From the NCBI RefSeq assembly GCF_018336915.1, contig NZ_CP064927.1:178326-210325 (forward strand): a DNA stretch of 32,000 nucleotides, given 5' to 3'. Shown in pieces: positions 1 to 8,297 of this stretch (positions within the stretch are counted from its first letter, which is position 1; each line of letters begins with the position of its first letter). A program made the position numbers and the translations under genes. The notes beneath the pieces were generated by a model. The model ran no database searches. It was not told where the DNA came from and saw only the letters and a list, made by a program, of their open reading frames with translations. The stretch comes from Acaryochloris marina S15 (GTDB lineage Bacteria > Cyanobacteriota > Cyanobacteriia > Thermosynechococcales > Thermosynechococcaceae).

Positions 1-143
1 GCTGCATCTAGTTTTATAATCGTATTTCTATTCAGGCCATATTCCTGAATATCATCATCACCAGGAGCAGCCATAATATTCAGATCAACCTCAATTTCAC
101 TAATTTCTTCTTTATGCTGGAATGTAAGTTTTGCTTTAGACAT
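1..143 (-). CDS. hypothetical protein, N-terminal 47 codons (gene runs off the left edge)
   Basis: ATG at 143..141 on the minus strand opens MSKAKLTFQHKEEISEIEVDLNIMAAPGDDDIQEYGLNRNTIIKLDA with no stop before position 1. It diverges from the caspase-STAND gene. It is absent from the ORF track because no stop lies in the window. Confidence 0.4.
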   Translation of the reverse strand, partial: MSKAKLTFQHKEEISEIEVDLNIMAAPGDDDIQEYGLNRNTIIKLDA

Positions 144-263
144 ATTGGCTATCACTAATTAATTTAACTAACATGATCCATTAAAAATTGAATCTTGCAT
201 TCATTATAAAAGTTATATTATGCTTTGATTACTATTTTCGCTCAATTCAGAAGATAACGCTCA

Positions 264-2297
264 ATGGAAAGGGAAGCACTCGTAATTGGAATTCCTGAAT
301 ATGACAACTTCAGTTCTCTACCAAAAACTACAATAGATGCTGAGGCTGTGGCAACACTGCTCGAAAAATATGGAGGCTTTAGAGTTGAGCGTTTACCCAA
401 AAAATTAAATCCTGATAAAACTGGTCAAACCACTAAAGCAGATAAAGTTACTTATAAGCAGCTAGCAACTGCTCTCAAAGCTTTTATCCAAAGAGCTAAT
501 AACAAATACGCACTTATTTATTTCACTGGCCATGGATTTACAGAGCAGAGCTTATTAGGAAGGACACGGGGGTTTCTATGTCCATCTGATTGCTCTATCA
601 AACATAATGATGAAGGCATTATTTCTAGTCAAGTGAATGGTTTAGATTTTGAAGAATTAAACCATTCACTTGAGCAAGCACAATTCAGCCAACTGGTATT
701 GCTACTGGATTGTTGTCATAGTGGATATTTTATTGAAAGATATCAAGTTGAGAATGGCTTAAAAACATTCTTAGGATCAAAAGATTTTTATCTGATCACT
801 GCTTGTTTAAGTAGTGAAACTGCAAAAGCGATCATAAGCAAAGAGAACAGCGTTTTTTCTGGAGCAGTTATCCGTGGTCTCTCACAAGAGAATCAAGATC
901 ATGATGGAAAGATCAGTGCCAGTCGTCTATTCGATTTTATTCAAAGAGAGTTGAAGAGCCGACTCCAAGAACCTCTACACCTAGGTTCTGGTAGTTCAAT
1001 TAATCTATTAACATACGGAAATATTGAATCAAGCACACCCGTAATTCTCGATGGCAACGGTGAACCACAATGTCCCTATCGAGGTTTATCTCCTTTTGAA
1101 GTTGAACACGAAAAATTTTATTTTGGACGAAGAGCTGAAGTACAAGAAATCATCCAAAAACTGTATTGCTTCTCGTTCGTATCCATTATTGGAGCATCAG
1201 GGAGTGGTAAGTCTTCGTTAGTAAAGGCTGGGTTAATTCCCCATCTTGAAGATGAATGGCATATTTTGAATTCTATTAAACCAGATGCTCGACCTATAGT
1301 TAATTTAGGTCAAGCAATTGGCAGTCTGTTCGAACTATCCTGTGATCGTAAACAGATCATAGAACTGCTTGAAAAAGATGGTATTTCACCAGTTTTAGAG
1401 ATGTTATCAAAGACTACTTTAATGAATTCAGGGAAGCAGAAAATATTGCTAGTGATTGATCAGTTTGAAGAGGTTTTTACTATCTGTGTTTCTGGTAAAG
1501 AAAGATCGCAATTTATTGAGTGTATGGCTGCGGTAAAAGCTCATGATAATTCTCCTTTATCTATTGTAATGACGATAAGATCTGAGTTTACACATGATCT
1601 TTTTCAAGTCTACAACAATCTTTTTCAGAGGAATAAAGATTCAATACTTTGGTTGGGTCAACTACAAGGAGAGGACTTGCGGGAGGCTATTAAACTACCA
1701 GCAATGAATCAAGGTTATACCCTGGAGGCAGGGTTAATGGAATTGCTTGTGAATGATGTTCAGGCTGAAATGAACTTTCTGCCCTTGCTAGAATTTGCAT
1801 TAACTGAATTATGGGATAGACGAGAAAAAGCTAGAAAAGAGCTTCCGCTTCGTACTTATATGGATATGAATCGCTTGTCAGGAGCATTAGATAAGCGTGC
1901 GGAAGATGTATATAACGATGCTTTAAGAACAGAAGATGAACGTTCCTGGATTAAGCGCATTTTTTTGGAGTTAGTTCGTTTTGGTATACAAGGTATAGAT
2001 ACAAGAGAGCGCAAAACTCGTAAAAGTCTAATAGCAATGGGACCAACCCCAACAGAACAAAGTGTAATTGACAAGGTAATTGAAGTCCTCATACAAGGCC
2101 GGCTATTAGCATCAACCAATGAGCATGAAATTGACTTGGTCCATGAAACCTTAATGTCTGGCTGGAAACGCTTCTCTAAGTGGCGGAAAGAGAATCGTGA
2201 GGACAAACTATTAGTTCAGCAACTTGGGGATGCCGTGACAGAATGGCAACGTGAAGGAGACTCTTTTCTATTACAAGGGGGGGCTAGCAAAGGTTAG
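264..2297 (+). CDS. orthocaspase (peptidase C14-like) + STAND P-loop NTPase; 5' segment of a frame-split caspase-NTPase-WD40 gene
   Basis: Caspase His/Cys dyad motifs YFTGHGF and LLLDCCHSGY. Then CPYRGLSPFEVEHEKFYFGRR followed by Walker A GASGSGKSSLVKAG and Walker B LLVIDQFEEVF. A helical/wHTH-like tail ends HETLMSGWKRFSKWRKENRE...LLQGG, then stops 5 codons after a G7 run. Confidence 0.85.
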   Translation: MEREALVIGIPEYDNFSSLPKTTIDAEAVATLLEKYGGFRVERLPKKLNPDKTGQTTKADKVTYKQLATALKAFIQRANNKYALIYFTGHGFTEQSLLGRTRGFLCPSDCSIKHNDEGIISSQVNGLDFEELNHSLEQAQFSQLVLLLDCCHSGYFIERYQVENGLKTFLGSKDFYLITACLSSETAKAIISKENSVFSGAVIRGLSQENQDHDGKISASRLFDFIQRELKSRLQEPLHLGSGSSINLLTYGNIESSTPVILDGNGEPQCPYRGLSPFEVEHEKFYFGRRAEVQEIIQKLYCFSFVSIIGASGSGKSSLVKAGLIPHLEDEWHILNSIKPDARPIVNLGQAIGSLFELSCDRKQIIELLEKDGISPVLEMLSKTTLMNSGKQKILLVIDQFEEVFTICVSGKERSQFIECMAAVKAHDNSPLSIVMTIRSEFTHDLFQVYNNLFQRNKDSILWLGQLQGEDLREAIKLPAMNQGYTLEAGLMELLVNDVQAEMNFLPLLEFALTELWDRREKARKELPLRTYMDMNRLSGALDKRAEDVYNDALRTEDERSWIKRIFLELVRFGIQGIDTRERKTRKSLIAMGPTPTEQSVIDKVIEVLIQGRLLASTNEHEIDLVHETLMSGWKRFSKWRKENREDKLLVQQLGDAVTEWQREGDSFLLQGGASKG

Positions 2298-4455
2298 AGA
2301 AAGGTGGTCAACTCTCCATAAGATAGTCACACCTCTAGTTCGAGATTTTTATCAATGCAGCATTGATAAAGAAGTAGAGAAAATTGAAATTCTAGAGAAG
2401 GCTTTGAGGGAAGCGGAGTTACGAGAACAAGCCTGGAAAGTTATGTGTCTCATTCCTACTAACCTCCATGAGGCTGCAGCCTTGGCAATACAAAATACAC
2501 AAAAGAGCGACGAACTTATCTATGGAGAAGTGCTTGCTCCTGTACAGGGGAATTTAAGAACTATTAGCGACAAGATTGTAGAACTATACTGCTATCAAGA
2601 CCACGGAGTTCCTTGTCTATCTGTAGCCTTTAGTCCCAATGGCCAGCAAATTGTGGGTGGTGATGATGATGGGAACCTATGGTTATGGAATACATTTGAA
2701 ACTTCCAGTGGCGTACCTTTCCATGGTCATACTGCTTCTGTGGGGTCCGTTGCCTTTAGCCCTGATGGTCAGAAGATTATTAGTGGTAGTGATGATAAAA
2801 CACTTCGACTATGGGATTCGCATGGTAATCAAATTGGCGATCTTTTTCGTGGTCATAAGTCTTCTGTTTGGACTGTAGCCTTTAACCCAAACAGTCGGAC
2901 AATTGTTAGTGGAAGTGCTGACGGAACTCTAAGGCTATGGGATCTACAAGGAAATACTATTGGTAAACCTTTTGACTGCCACGGGATTACAGTACTTTCC
3001 GTAGCTTTTAGTCCTAATGGCCAATACATTGTCAGTGGTAGTAAAGATAAAACTTTAAGGCTATGGGATTTACAAGGAAATACTATTGGTAAACCTTTTT
3101 ATGGTCATGATGATTTTGTTTTTTCAGTGGCCTTTAATCCTAATGGTCAGCAAATTGTTAGTGGTAGTGCTGATGGAACTCTAAGGCTATGGGATCTACA
3201 AGGAGATACTATTGGTAAACCTTTCCATGGTCATACTGCTTCTGTGGGGTCCGTTGCCTTTAGCCCTGATGGTCAGAAGATTATTAGTGGTAGTGATGAT
3301 GGGACCGTACGGATATGGGATATATTCGGACACCCCATTTGTAAACCTCTTCATGGTCATGCTAATTCTGTTCTGTCTGTTGCCTTTTGCTATGATTGCC
3401 AGACAGTGGTCAGTAGTGGAGATGATAAAACAGTTCGACTATGGGATATAAAAAACCATACTATTTCTACTCTCCAAGGCCATATTGGTATGGCTTGGTC
3501 CGTAGCCTTTAGTCCTAATGGCCAACAAATTGTCAGTGGTAGTAATGACAAAACAGTTCGACTATGGGATACACAAGGCAATTCTATTAGAGACCCTTTT
3601 CATGGTCATACTGATTCTGTTTTGTCCGTAGCCTTTAGTCCTAATGGCCAACAAATTGTCAGTGGTAGTAATGATGGAACTTTGAGATTATGGGATACGC
3701 TGGGCAATCCTATTGGTAAACCTCTTCGAAGTCTTACTGATTCTGTTTTGTCCGTAGCCTTTAGTCCTAATGGCCAACAAATTGTCAGTGGTGGTAATGA
3801 TAGGACTTTGAGATTATGGGATTTACAAGGAAATCCTATTGGTGAACCTTTTGATGATCATACTGATTCTATTTTGTCCGTAGCCTTTAGTCCTAATGGC
3901 AAACAAATTGTCAGTGGTAGTAATGATAGAACTTTGAGATTATGGGATTTACAAGGAAATCCTATTGGTGAACCTTTTTATGGTCATACTGCTTCTGTTT
4001 TGTCCGTAGCCTTTAGTCCTAATGGCAAACAAATTGTCAGTGGTAGTAATGATAGAACTTTGAGATTATGGGATTTACAAGGAAATCCTATTGGTGAACC
4101 TTTTTATGGTCATACTGATTCTGTTAGAGCTGTAGCCTTCAGCCCAGATGGTCAGATGATCATTAGTGGTAGCTCTGATCAGACCCTACAATTGTGGGAT
4201 GTGAAAGGTAATCCTATTGGTGAACCTCTTCGAGGTCATACTGCTTCTGTTTTGTCAGTAGCTTTTAGCCCAGATGGTCAGATTATTATTAGTAGTAGTT
4301 CTGACTTTACCCTGCGAATATGGCGAGGTGGAGTTTGGCGTGACTGGTTAGCTATCTGTTGCAATCGATTTCGAAATCATTCTCATTTCAAACATCCTAC
4401 AAGAGAGCCTTTTCTCTCGGCTCGTCAGATCTGCCAGGACCGTGTTGGTAGTTAG
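2251..4455 (+). CDS. WD40-repeat sensor segment (14 repeats, i.e. two 7-bladed propellers); 3' part of the split caspase-STAND-WD40 gene
   Basis: Fourteen 42-aa units of the form GHxxxVxSVAFSPxGQxIVSGSxDxTLRLWD. The N-terminal ..GGLAKVRERW.. continues the linker of the upstream ORF in the +1 frame. The GTG at 2251 is probably not a real start. Confidence 0.85.
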   Translation: MKETLFYYKGGLAKVRERWSTLHKIVTPLVRDFYQCSIDKEVEKIEILEKALREAELREQAWKVMCLIPTNLHEAAALAIQNTQKSDELIYGEVLAPVQGNLRTISDKIVELYCYQDHGVPCLSVAFSPNGQQIVGGDDDGNLWLWNTFETSSGVPFHGHTASVGSVAFSPDGQKIISGSDDKTLRLWDSHGNQIGDLFRGHKSSVWTVAFNPNSRTIVSGSADGTLRLWDLQGNTIGKPFDCHGITVLSVAFSPNGQYIVSGSKDKTLRLWDLQGNTIGKPFYGHDDFVFSVAFNPNGQQIVSGSADGTLRLWDLQGDTIGKPFHGHTASVGSVAFSPDGQKIISGSDDGTVRIWDIFGHPICKPLHGHANSVLSVAFCYDCQTVVSSGDDKTVRLWDIKNHTISTLQGHIGMAWSVAFSPNGQQIVSGSNDKTVRLWDTQGNSIRDPFHGHTDSVLSVAFSPNGQQIVSGSNDGTLRLWDTLGNPIGKPLRSLTDSVLSVAFSPNGQQIVSGGNDRTLRLWDLQGNPIGEPFDDHTDSILSVAFSPNGKQIVSGSNDRTLRLWDLQGNPIGEPFYGHTASVLSVAFSPNGKQIVSGSNDRTLRLWDLQGNPIGEPFYGHTDSVRAVAFSPDGQMIISGSSDQTLQLWDVKGNPIGEPLRGHTASVLSVAFSPDGQIIISSSSDFTLRIWRGGVWRDWLAICCNRFRNHSHFKHPTREPFLSARQICQDRVGS
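2277..2283 (+). other. G7 homopolymer at the junction of the two reading frames of the caspase-STAND-WD40 gene
   Basis: Counted directly: g at 2277-2283. Frame 0 reads caa ggg ggg gct agc aaa ggt tag. The +1 frame reads aag ggg ggg cta gca aag gtt and stays open to 4455. Confidence 0.95.
2596..4333 (+). repeat. tandem array of 126-bp (42-codon) WD40 units with long identical stretches
   Basis: Period 126 bp. 3872-3991 is identical by eye to 3998-4117 (120 bp). 2716-2796 is identical to 3220-3300 (81 bp, 504 bp = 4 units apart). Confidence 0.9.
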
Positions 4456-4506
4456 CGTTCAAAAGGTCTGGGCTTAAGGGGGTCAAGCCGAGGTACATGT
4501 ACAACT

Positions 4507-4743
4507 GTAAGCGTAAATATTGCGTATTAGAAAGCCAATTCTTAAGCAGCTTTTTCTTCCTCAGGGAGAACCAAATCAAGCCACTTTTCTTCCCATTCAT
4601 TACTAATCATACTGGCTCTAATTTGCAAGACATTATGGGCCAACTCATTTCGGGTTTTATTTCATGACTCAAATCATCTGAAACCTTTTCACTGAAATGC
4701 TTTCCATCGATACAGACTAAAATGACGCCAGTCATTTAGTTTA
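4507..4743 (-). pseudogene. decayed remnant (right end) of a related IS, inverted relative to the intact copy
   Basis: The minus strand of 4542-~4650 translates AHNVLQIRASMISNEWEEKWLDLVLPEEEKAA*. This parallels the C-terminus of the intact transposase (AHNILQIRGMITSNEWDENW...AA*). Upstream similarity is broken by frame changes. The terminal sequence gtaagcgtaaatatt (4507-4521) resembles IRL of the intact IS. Confidence 0.7.
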
Positions 4744-6207
4744 GGAAGCGTAATATATTTACAATTTATATGTATTCATGCTACGTTCTTTTGAGTGAGG
4801 TAGATGGCATGGAGTTTTGAGATGGATTACGAATTACGGGTAGTCGTTGAGAAAGTATCCGTCAGTTCTCAAGAGGTCTTAAAACGTGACACTCTTAAAG
4901 TTTATGACATTAAGTCACCAGAATCCATTTTAGAGTTAGGTCTGCGTCATGAAGAGCAAATCTCACTGTTAGAAAAGATTCAGAACTCTGTTTTAGCCGT
5001 GCAATCAACCTTGATTAAAACAGGCTATGATGTTTGCCCAAGATGTGGGGATAAGCTCAAAAAGATGGGATTTACGCCCTCTAAATTTCATGCTGTTTTC
5101 AGTGATCATAAAGTCCGCATCCAAAAACACAAATGTCTTAATCCAGACTGTAAATGGCAAAGTACCCCTTCAACGGCCTCTGTCTTTGGCACTTGTATTC
5201 ACCCAGATTTAGCGAAACTGCAATGTGAGCAAGGTGCTTTATACAGCTTCCGACAAGCCGAGACTAATTTGGAGCAGTTGACGGTTCATCGCCGTCCGGT
5301 CAATAACCATAACAAAATCAAGCTGCTCACCAATGAAGTGGGGGCAACCTTAGCCCAAGAGAATCTCAAACCATTGGCAACACCCAAAGGTACTGCCATT
5401 GCACAAGAGATTACCCTCCAAGTAGATGGGGGGCATATCCCTGACAAAGATAAGGATAAACGTAGCTTTGAAGCGCTCTCTGCTGTTGTTTACCGGCCAG
5501 AGAATATCATCGAAGTGGATAGTCATCATCGTCAGATCAAGGATAAAAGCTGTGCCCTCTCAGCCCAAGATGACGAACTAGCGACCATGAAGCTCTTTAC
5601 GCTCAATGCAGCCCGAAAGCAGGGTATGACGAAAAAGACTAAGGTCACGGCTTTAGCCGATGGTGCTCAAAATTGTTGGTCAGTGATTTTAAGCTTGGCT
5701 CCACACTGCAAAAATCTTCTGTGTATATTGGATTGGTTTCATCTTGCCATGCGATTTCAGAATGTCAGAGGGGCGGTAGATGACACCTTCGAAAAAACCT
5801 TAGAGGGAGTGAAGTGGAAATTGTGGCATGGCAAGTCGGATGAGGCGTTGCAGAAATTAGAACTGCTGATGAACAATATTACTGATTCAAAGAAGCGCTC
5901 AAAACTGAAGAAGTTATATAACTATCTAGAGAACAATCAAGCCTATCTAGTAAATTATGAAGAGCGCGATAAACAGGGCCTAAGTTACACCAGTCAAGTG
6001 GCAGAATCTCATATCGATACGATTATCAATGACCGCTTTAAACGAACTAAGAAAATGCAGTGGACTCATGATGGTGCTCATAATATCTTGCAGATTAGAG
6101 GGATGATCACCAGTAATGAATGGGATGAAAACTGGCAAGTACCTGTAATCTCAGCCTTGACAGTAGCTGCATAACGAGCCTATAGCCTGTAGATATATTA
6201 CGCTTTC
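4744..6207 (+). mobile_element. insertion sequence, single DDE transposase, ~17-bp imperfect terminal inverted repeats
   Basis: IRL is ggaagcgtaatatattt (4744-4760). The reverse complement of IRR (6191-6207) is gaaagcgtaatatatct, matching 15/17. I found no clear target-site duplication. Confidence 0.75.
4804..6174 (+). CDS. IS transposase, Zn-finger + DDE type (ISKra4/ISL3-like by recollection; family uncertain)
   Basis: 456-aa ORF. N-terminal CPRCG...CLNPDC zinc-finger-like pairs. Candidate acidic triad contexts are QVDGGHIP, ALADGAQNCW and VAESHIDTIINDRFKR, plus an LDWFHL motif. It is bracketed by inverted repeats. Confidence 0.8.
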   Translation: MAWSFEMDYELRVVVEKVSVSSQEVLKRDTLKVYDIKSPESILELGLRHEEQISLLEKIQNSVLAVQSTLIKTGYDVCPRCGDKLKKMGFTPSKFHAVFSDHKVRIQKHKCLNPDCKWQSTPSTASVFGTCIHPDLAKLQCEQGALYSFRQAETNLEQLTVHRRPVNNHNKIKLLTNEVGATLAQENLKPLATPKGTAIAQEITLQVDGGHIPDKDKDKRSFEALSAVVYRPENIIEVDSHHRQIKDKSCALSAQDDELATMKLFTLNAARKQGMTKKTKVTALADGAQNCWSVILSLAPHCKNLLCILDWFHLAMRFQNVRGAVDDTFEKTLEGVKWKLWHGKSDEALQKLELLMNNITDSKKRSKLKKLYNYLENNQAYLVNYEERDKQGLSYTSQVAESHIDTIINDRFKRTKKMQWTHDGAHNILQIRGMITSNEWDENWQVPVISALTVAA

Positions 6208-6644
6208 ATCCGCTGTTTGAGTTGGTCTGGTGACAAACTTGCGATGGTCGAAGACCGCCCTTCGGGCATCGCAATCAAAAAACCCTTCGCAAAAGTCGAA
6301 TTATAGCCAGCCTCCAAAGTACAAGGACGATGAGCATTCATCTTGAAACGGAGTTTATATGAGTTCTCTCCTCTGAATTCCTTGGGAACGAACTCGATAC
6401 TGATCAGGTAACCCGTTAAAGCTGGTTGCTTTAGTTCTTCTGGCTGAGAGTCTTTATCGAGGATGTACCAAGTGCTTGTATTGGCTCGATTACAGAAAAT
6501 GGCTAGGGCAGATGGACTGTCACCGAACCCCAGTGCTCTTTCATGATCGGGATCTTGGGATGGGATTTGATGTTTCTGTGATGCGGGTTGCAATATAGCT
6601 TGGGGCTGCGTTGCGGGGATTACTGTGTTTGTGGTTGCGTTCAT
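6198..6644 (-). CDS. hypothetical protein; 3' end altered by a hairpin repeat and the IS end
   Basis: The ATG overlaps the upstream stop (ATGA). The last ~25 codons translate the hairpin repeat (IAMPEGRSSTIAS). The stop codon (6198-6200) lies inside the IS IRR. Confidence 0.5.
   Translation of the reverse strand: MNATTNTVIPATQPQAILQPASQKHQIPSQDPDHERALGFGDSPSALAIFCNRANTSTWYILDKDSQPEELKQPALTGYLISIEFVPKEFRGENSYKLRFKMNAHRPCTLEAGYNSTFAKGFLIAMPEGRSSTIASLSPDQLKQRMKA
6239..6276. repeat. hairpin repeat, family TTGCGATGG...CCTTCGG...CATCGCAA (copy 1 of 5)
   Basis: ttgcgatggtcgaagaccgcccttcgggcatcgcaatc. The outer stem is gcgatgg/ccatcgc-like, with an inner gccc-ttcg-gggc element. Confidence 0.7.
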
Positions 6645-6901
6645 GTTTCAGTTTCCATCGGGATTTCAATAACTGTGTGCATTTGTTCAGCGAGACCCCA
6701 GCAGTCATCACAGATTTCAGGGTAGTCATCGGCTGCGCCTTTGCACCAGGGCTGGAGATAGCCACAGGCTTGACATTCGTAGTACTGTTCAGGTTCACAT
6801 CCAGAACAAAAGGACGTGCTGTGATTGCTCAGGCATCCCAGTGGTTTCAGTTGTAAGGCACCTCGACCTCTTTGAAGGAGGTTCCACATCGATCTATCCA
6901 T
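6641..6901 (-). CDS. small Cys-rich (zinc-ribbon-like) protein
   Basis: 86 aa with CSGCEPEQYYECQACG...WCKG...CDDCWG. GGAGG lies 9 nt upstream of the ATG. It overlaps the upstream gene by 8 nt and the downstream gene by 4 nt. Confidence 0.6.
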   Translation of the reverse strand: MDRSMWNLLQRGRGALQLKPLGCLSNHSTSFCSGCEPEQYYECQACGYLQPWCKGAADDYPEICDDCWGLAEQMHTVIEIPMETET

Positions 6902-7322
6902 TGTTCAAATCCTCCAAATTTAACTGTCCAAACCATTCCTGCTTGGTATAAGCGTTGGCTTGCCGAAATGGCGCATCAAACTTCAAATGACAAGGGGCAC
7001 AGAGAGCCTTGAGATTGTCTGGAGCGTTATTCTGCGGATTCTGATCCAGGTGCGCCACCGTGAGGGTGAATCGTTGGGGCTTCTGCTTCTCTCCCTCTGA
7101 TGTGAACGGGAACCATTTGGGGTGAGTAATCATTAGCCAAAAGGCGAAGTGCAACCACTTAACCCCAGGCTTGCGACAGGGTTTGCCGCACTCAGTACAA
7201 CACCACTTGGCTTCATCTTTAACCCGTGTTGCAATGTCGTCCCAGTTGTCGGGGTATCGTTCCTTGATTATTGGCATTGCGGCACCAGTAAAGATTGTTG
7301 CTCTGGGGCTGGATACTTCCAT
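6894..7322 (-). CDS. HNH endonuclease
   Basis: CCTECGKPC ... TVAHLDQNPQNNAPDNLKALCAPCHLKFD, which is an HNH core (H, N, H) flanked by CxxC pairs. The start is either 7322 (AAGGA upstream) or 7277 (MPIIKERY). Confidence 0.75.
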   Translation of the reverse strand: MEVSSPRATIFTGAAMPIIKERYPDNWDDIATRVKDEAKWCCTECGKPCRKPGVKWLHFAFWLMITHPKWFPFTSEGEKQKPQRFTLTVAHLDQNPQNNAPDNLKALCAPCHLKFDAPFRQANAYTKQEWFGQLNLEDLNNG

Positions 7323-7726
7323 TCGAGATAGTCCTTAAGACCGTGTTCAGAGCCAAGGTCACGATTTGAGATGAGGCTTAATCCGCTGGTTGTTTGTGCT
7401 ATTTGCGCTAGGTTTTGAACTTCGCGTTTAACTTCATCCCCAGTAACAGGCTTCCATCGAAGCGAAATCTTCAGATTATTCTTTTGAGCCAAGGTATTAG
7501 CGATGTCGGCAGGATCTAGCCCTTTATCAATAACTTGATATAGATAGGCTTTGTAAGCTTGATAGGCTTTGTCGCTTTCCATCTCTGGGTTCCACACATG
7601 GAAGGGGGAGAACAAGACGGATTGGTCATCGATTTGGATGCCTTTCTCTTTCTTTGCACGAGTTGATTTAGCGATAGTGATTTTCATAGCGATTCCTCCA
7701 AATCTGTAACGGTTGGGGATTAGCAA
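7268..7726 (-). CDS. hypothetical protein
   Basis: ORF in the minus-strand operon. The likely start is ATG 7687 (MKITIAKS). I recognise no motif. Confidence 0.55.
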   Translation of the reverse strand: MLIPNRYRFGGIAMKITIAKSTRAKKEKGIQIDDQSVLFSPFHVWNPEMESDKAYQAYKAYLYQVIDKGLDPADIANTLAQKNNLKISLRWKPVTGDEVKREVQNLAQIAQTTSGLSLISNRDLGSEHGLKDYLEWKYPAPEQQSLLVPQCQ

Positions 7727-8082
7727 GCAATGACAGTCATGTTCTCGGCGATCTCATGAGCAAGAGCGACCCTCAAACGTTGTTCATCTGTCAGTCCTGC
7801 ATTGAAAGCTTCTAAGACCGCTTCGGCAGCTTCCATCCTGCGGGAGTAGGGGCCGAAAGACTGGTGATTGAGGGTAGAACCGACATAGTTGGATTGCCTC
7901 TCGACAAAGTTGATGTGCACATACCCGATCAGCCGAGAGCCATAGAAGACGTTGAGTTTTCGGTCGTTGTCAGTGGTGGGTCTGGTGTGCAGTTTGTAGG
8001 AAGGCAGTTCAATGCTGTCGAGTAGTTGTTGGGGAAGAGTTGTATGATTCATTTGAATAACCTCGTTGAATGGTTCGTTCAA
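7720..8082 (-). CDS. hypothetical protein
   Basis: Operon member. The likely start is ATG 8052 (MNHTTLPQQ), with GAGG ~11 nt upstream. The track start 8082 is TTG. Confidence 0.55.
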   Translation of the reverse strand: MNEPFNEVIQMNHTTLPQQLLDSIELPSYKLHTRPTTDNDRKLNVFYGSRLIGYVHINFVERQSNYVGSTLNHQSFGPYSRRMEAAEAVLEAFNAGLTDEQRLRVALAHEIAENMTVIAC

Positions 8083-8297
8083 TGAAAGGCATCGTTTGAT
8101 TCAGCAAAAACTTGGCGATGCCCTTTACTCTTGAGTAGGGATAAGACGACATCCTCTTGAATCTCCGCAATCTCTACGGTTATGGCTGGATCGGGCTTAG
8201 GAATAAATCGGAAGACCAGCCAAGCTCCCAGAGGCACCCCGATCAGAAGCCCTAGGGCCGCAGCAATGATTTGCCTAGACATCGGTATAACCGTCAT
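8079..8297 (-). CDS. small single-pass membrane protein
   Basis: 72 aa with a hydrophobic helix IIAAALGLLIGVPLGAWLVFRFI. It overlaps both neighbouring genes. Confidence 0.5.
   Translation of the reverse strand: MTVIPMSRQIIAAALGLLIGVPLGAWLVFRFIPKPDPAITVEIAEIQEDVVLSLLKSKGHRQVFAESNDAFH

Noticed and set aside
1856-2206. Antisense or nested ORFs inside large genes (1856-2206 -, 5027-5212 +, 13533-13763 -, 14567-14770 +, 15744-15977 -, 16129-16344 -, 24240-24651, 25158-25340 -)
   Set aside because: Each lies wholly within a longer, motif-supported gene on the same or opposite strand and has no independent signal.
2639-3581. Track ORFs 2639-2878 (+), 3212-3451 (+) and 3390-3581 (-), which lie inside the WD40 array
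   Set aside because: They are alternative-frame or antisense readings of a 126-bp periodic repeat. Their mutual similarity only reflects the DNA repeat. They have no RBS and lie fully inside a strongly supported gene.
2596-4333. Regularly spaced repeats that could suggest a CRISPR array (also 21731-23010)
   Set aside because: The period is 126 bp, which is exactly 42 codons in an open frame. There are no unique spacers between short repeats, and the units encode WD40 and TPR motifs.
4397-4600. 67-aa minus-strand ORF downstream of the WD40 gene
   Set aside because: It overlaps the IS remnant in a different frame from the recognisable transposase C-terminus, and it also overlaps the WD40 3' end. 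It is most likely spurious.
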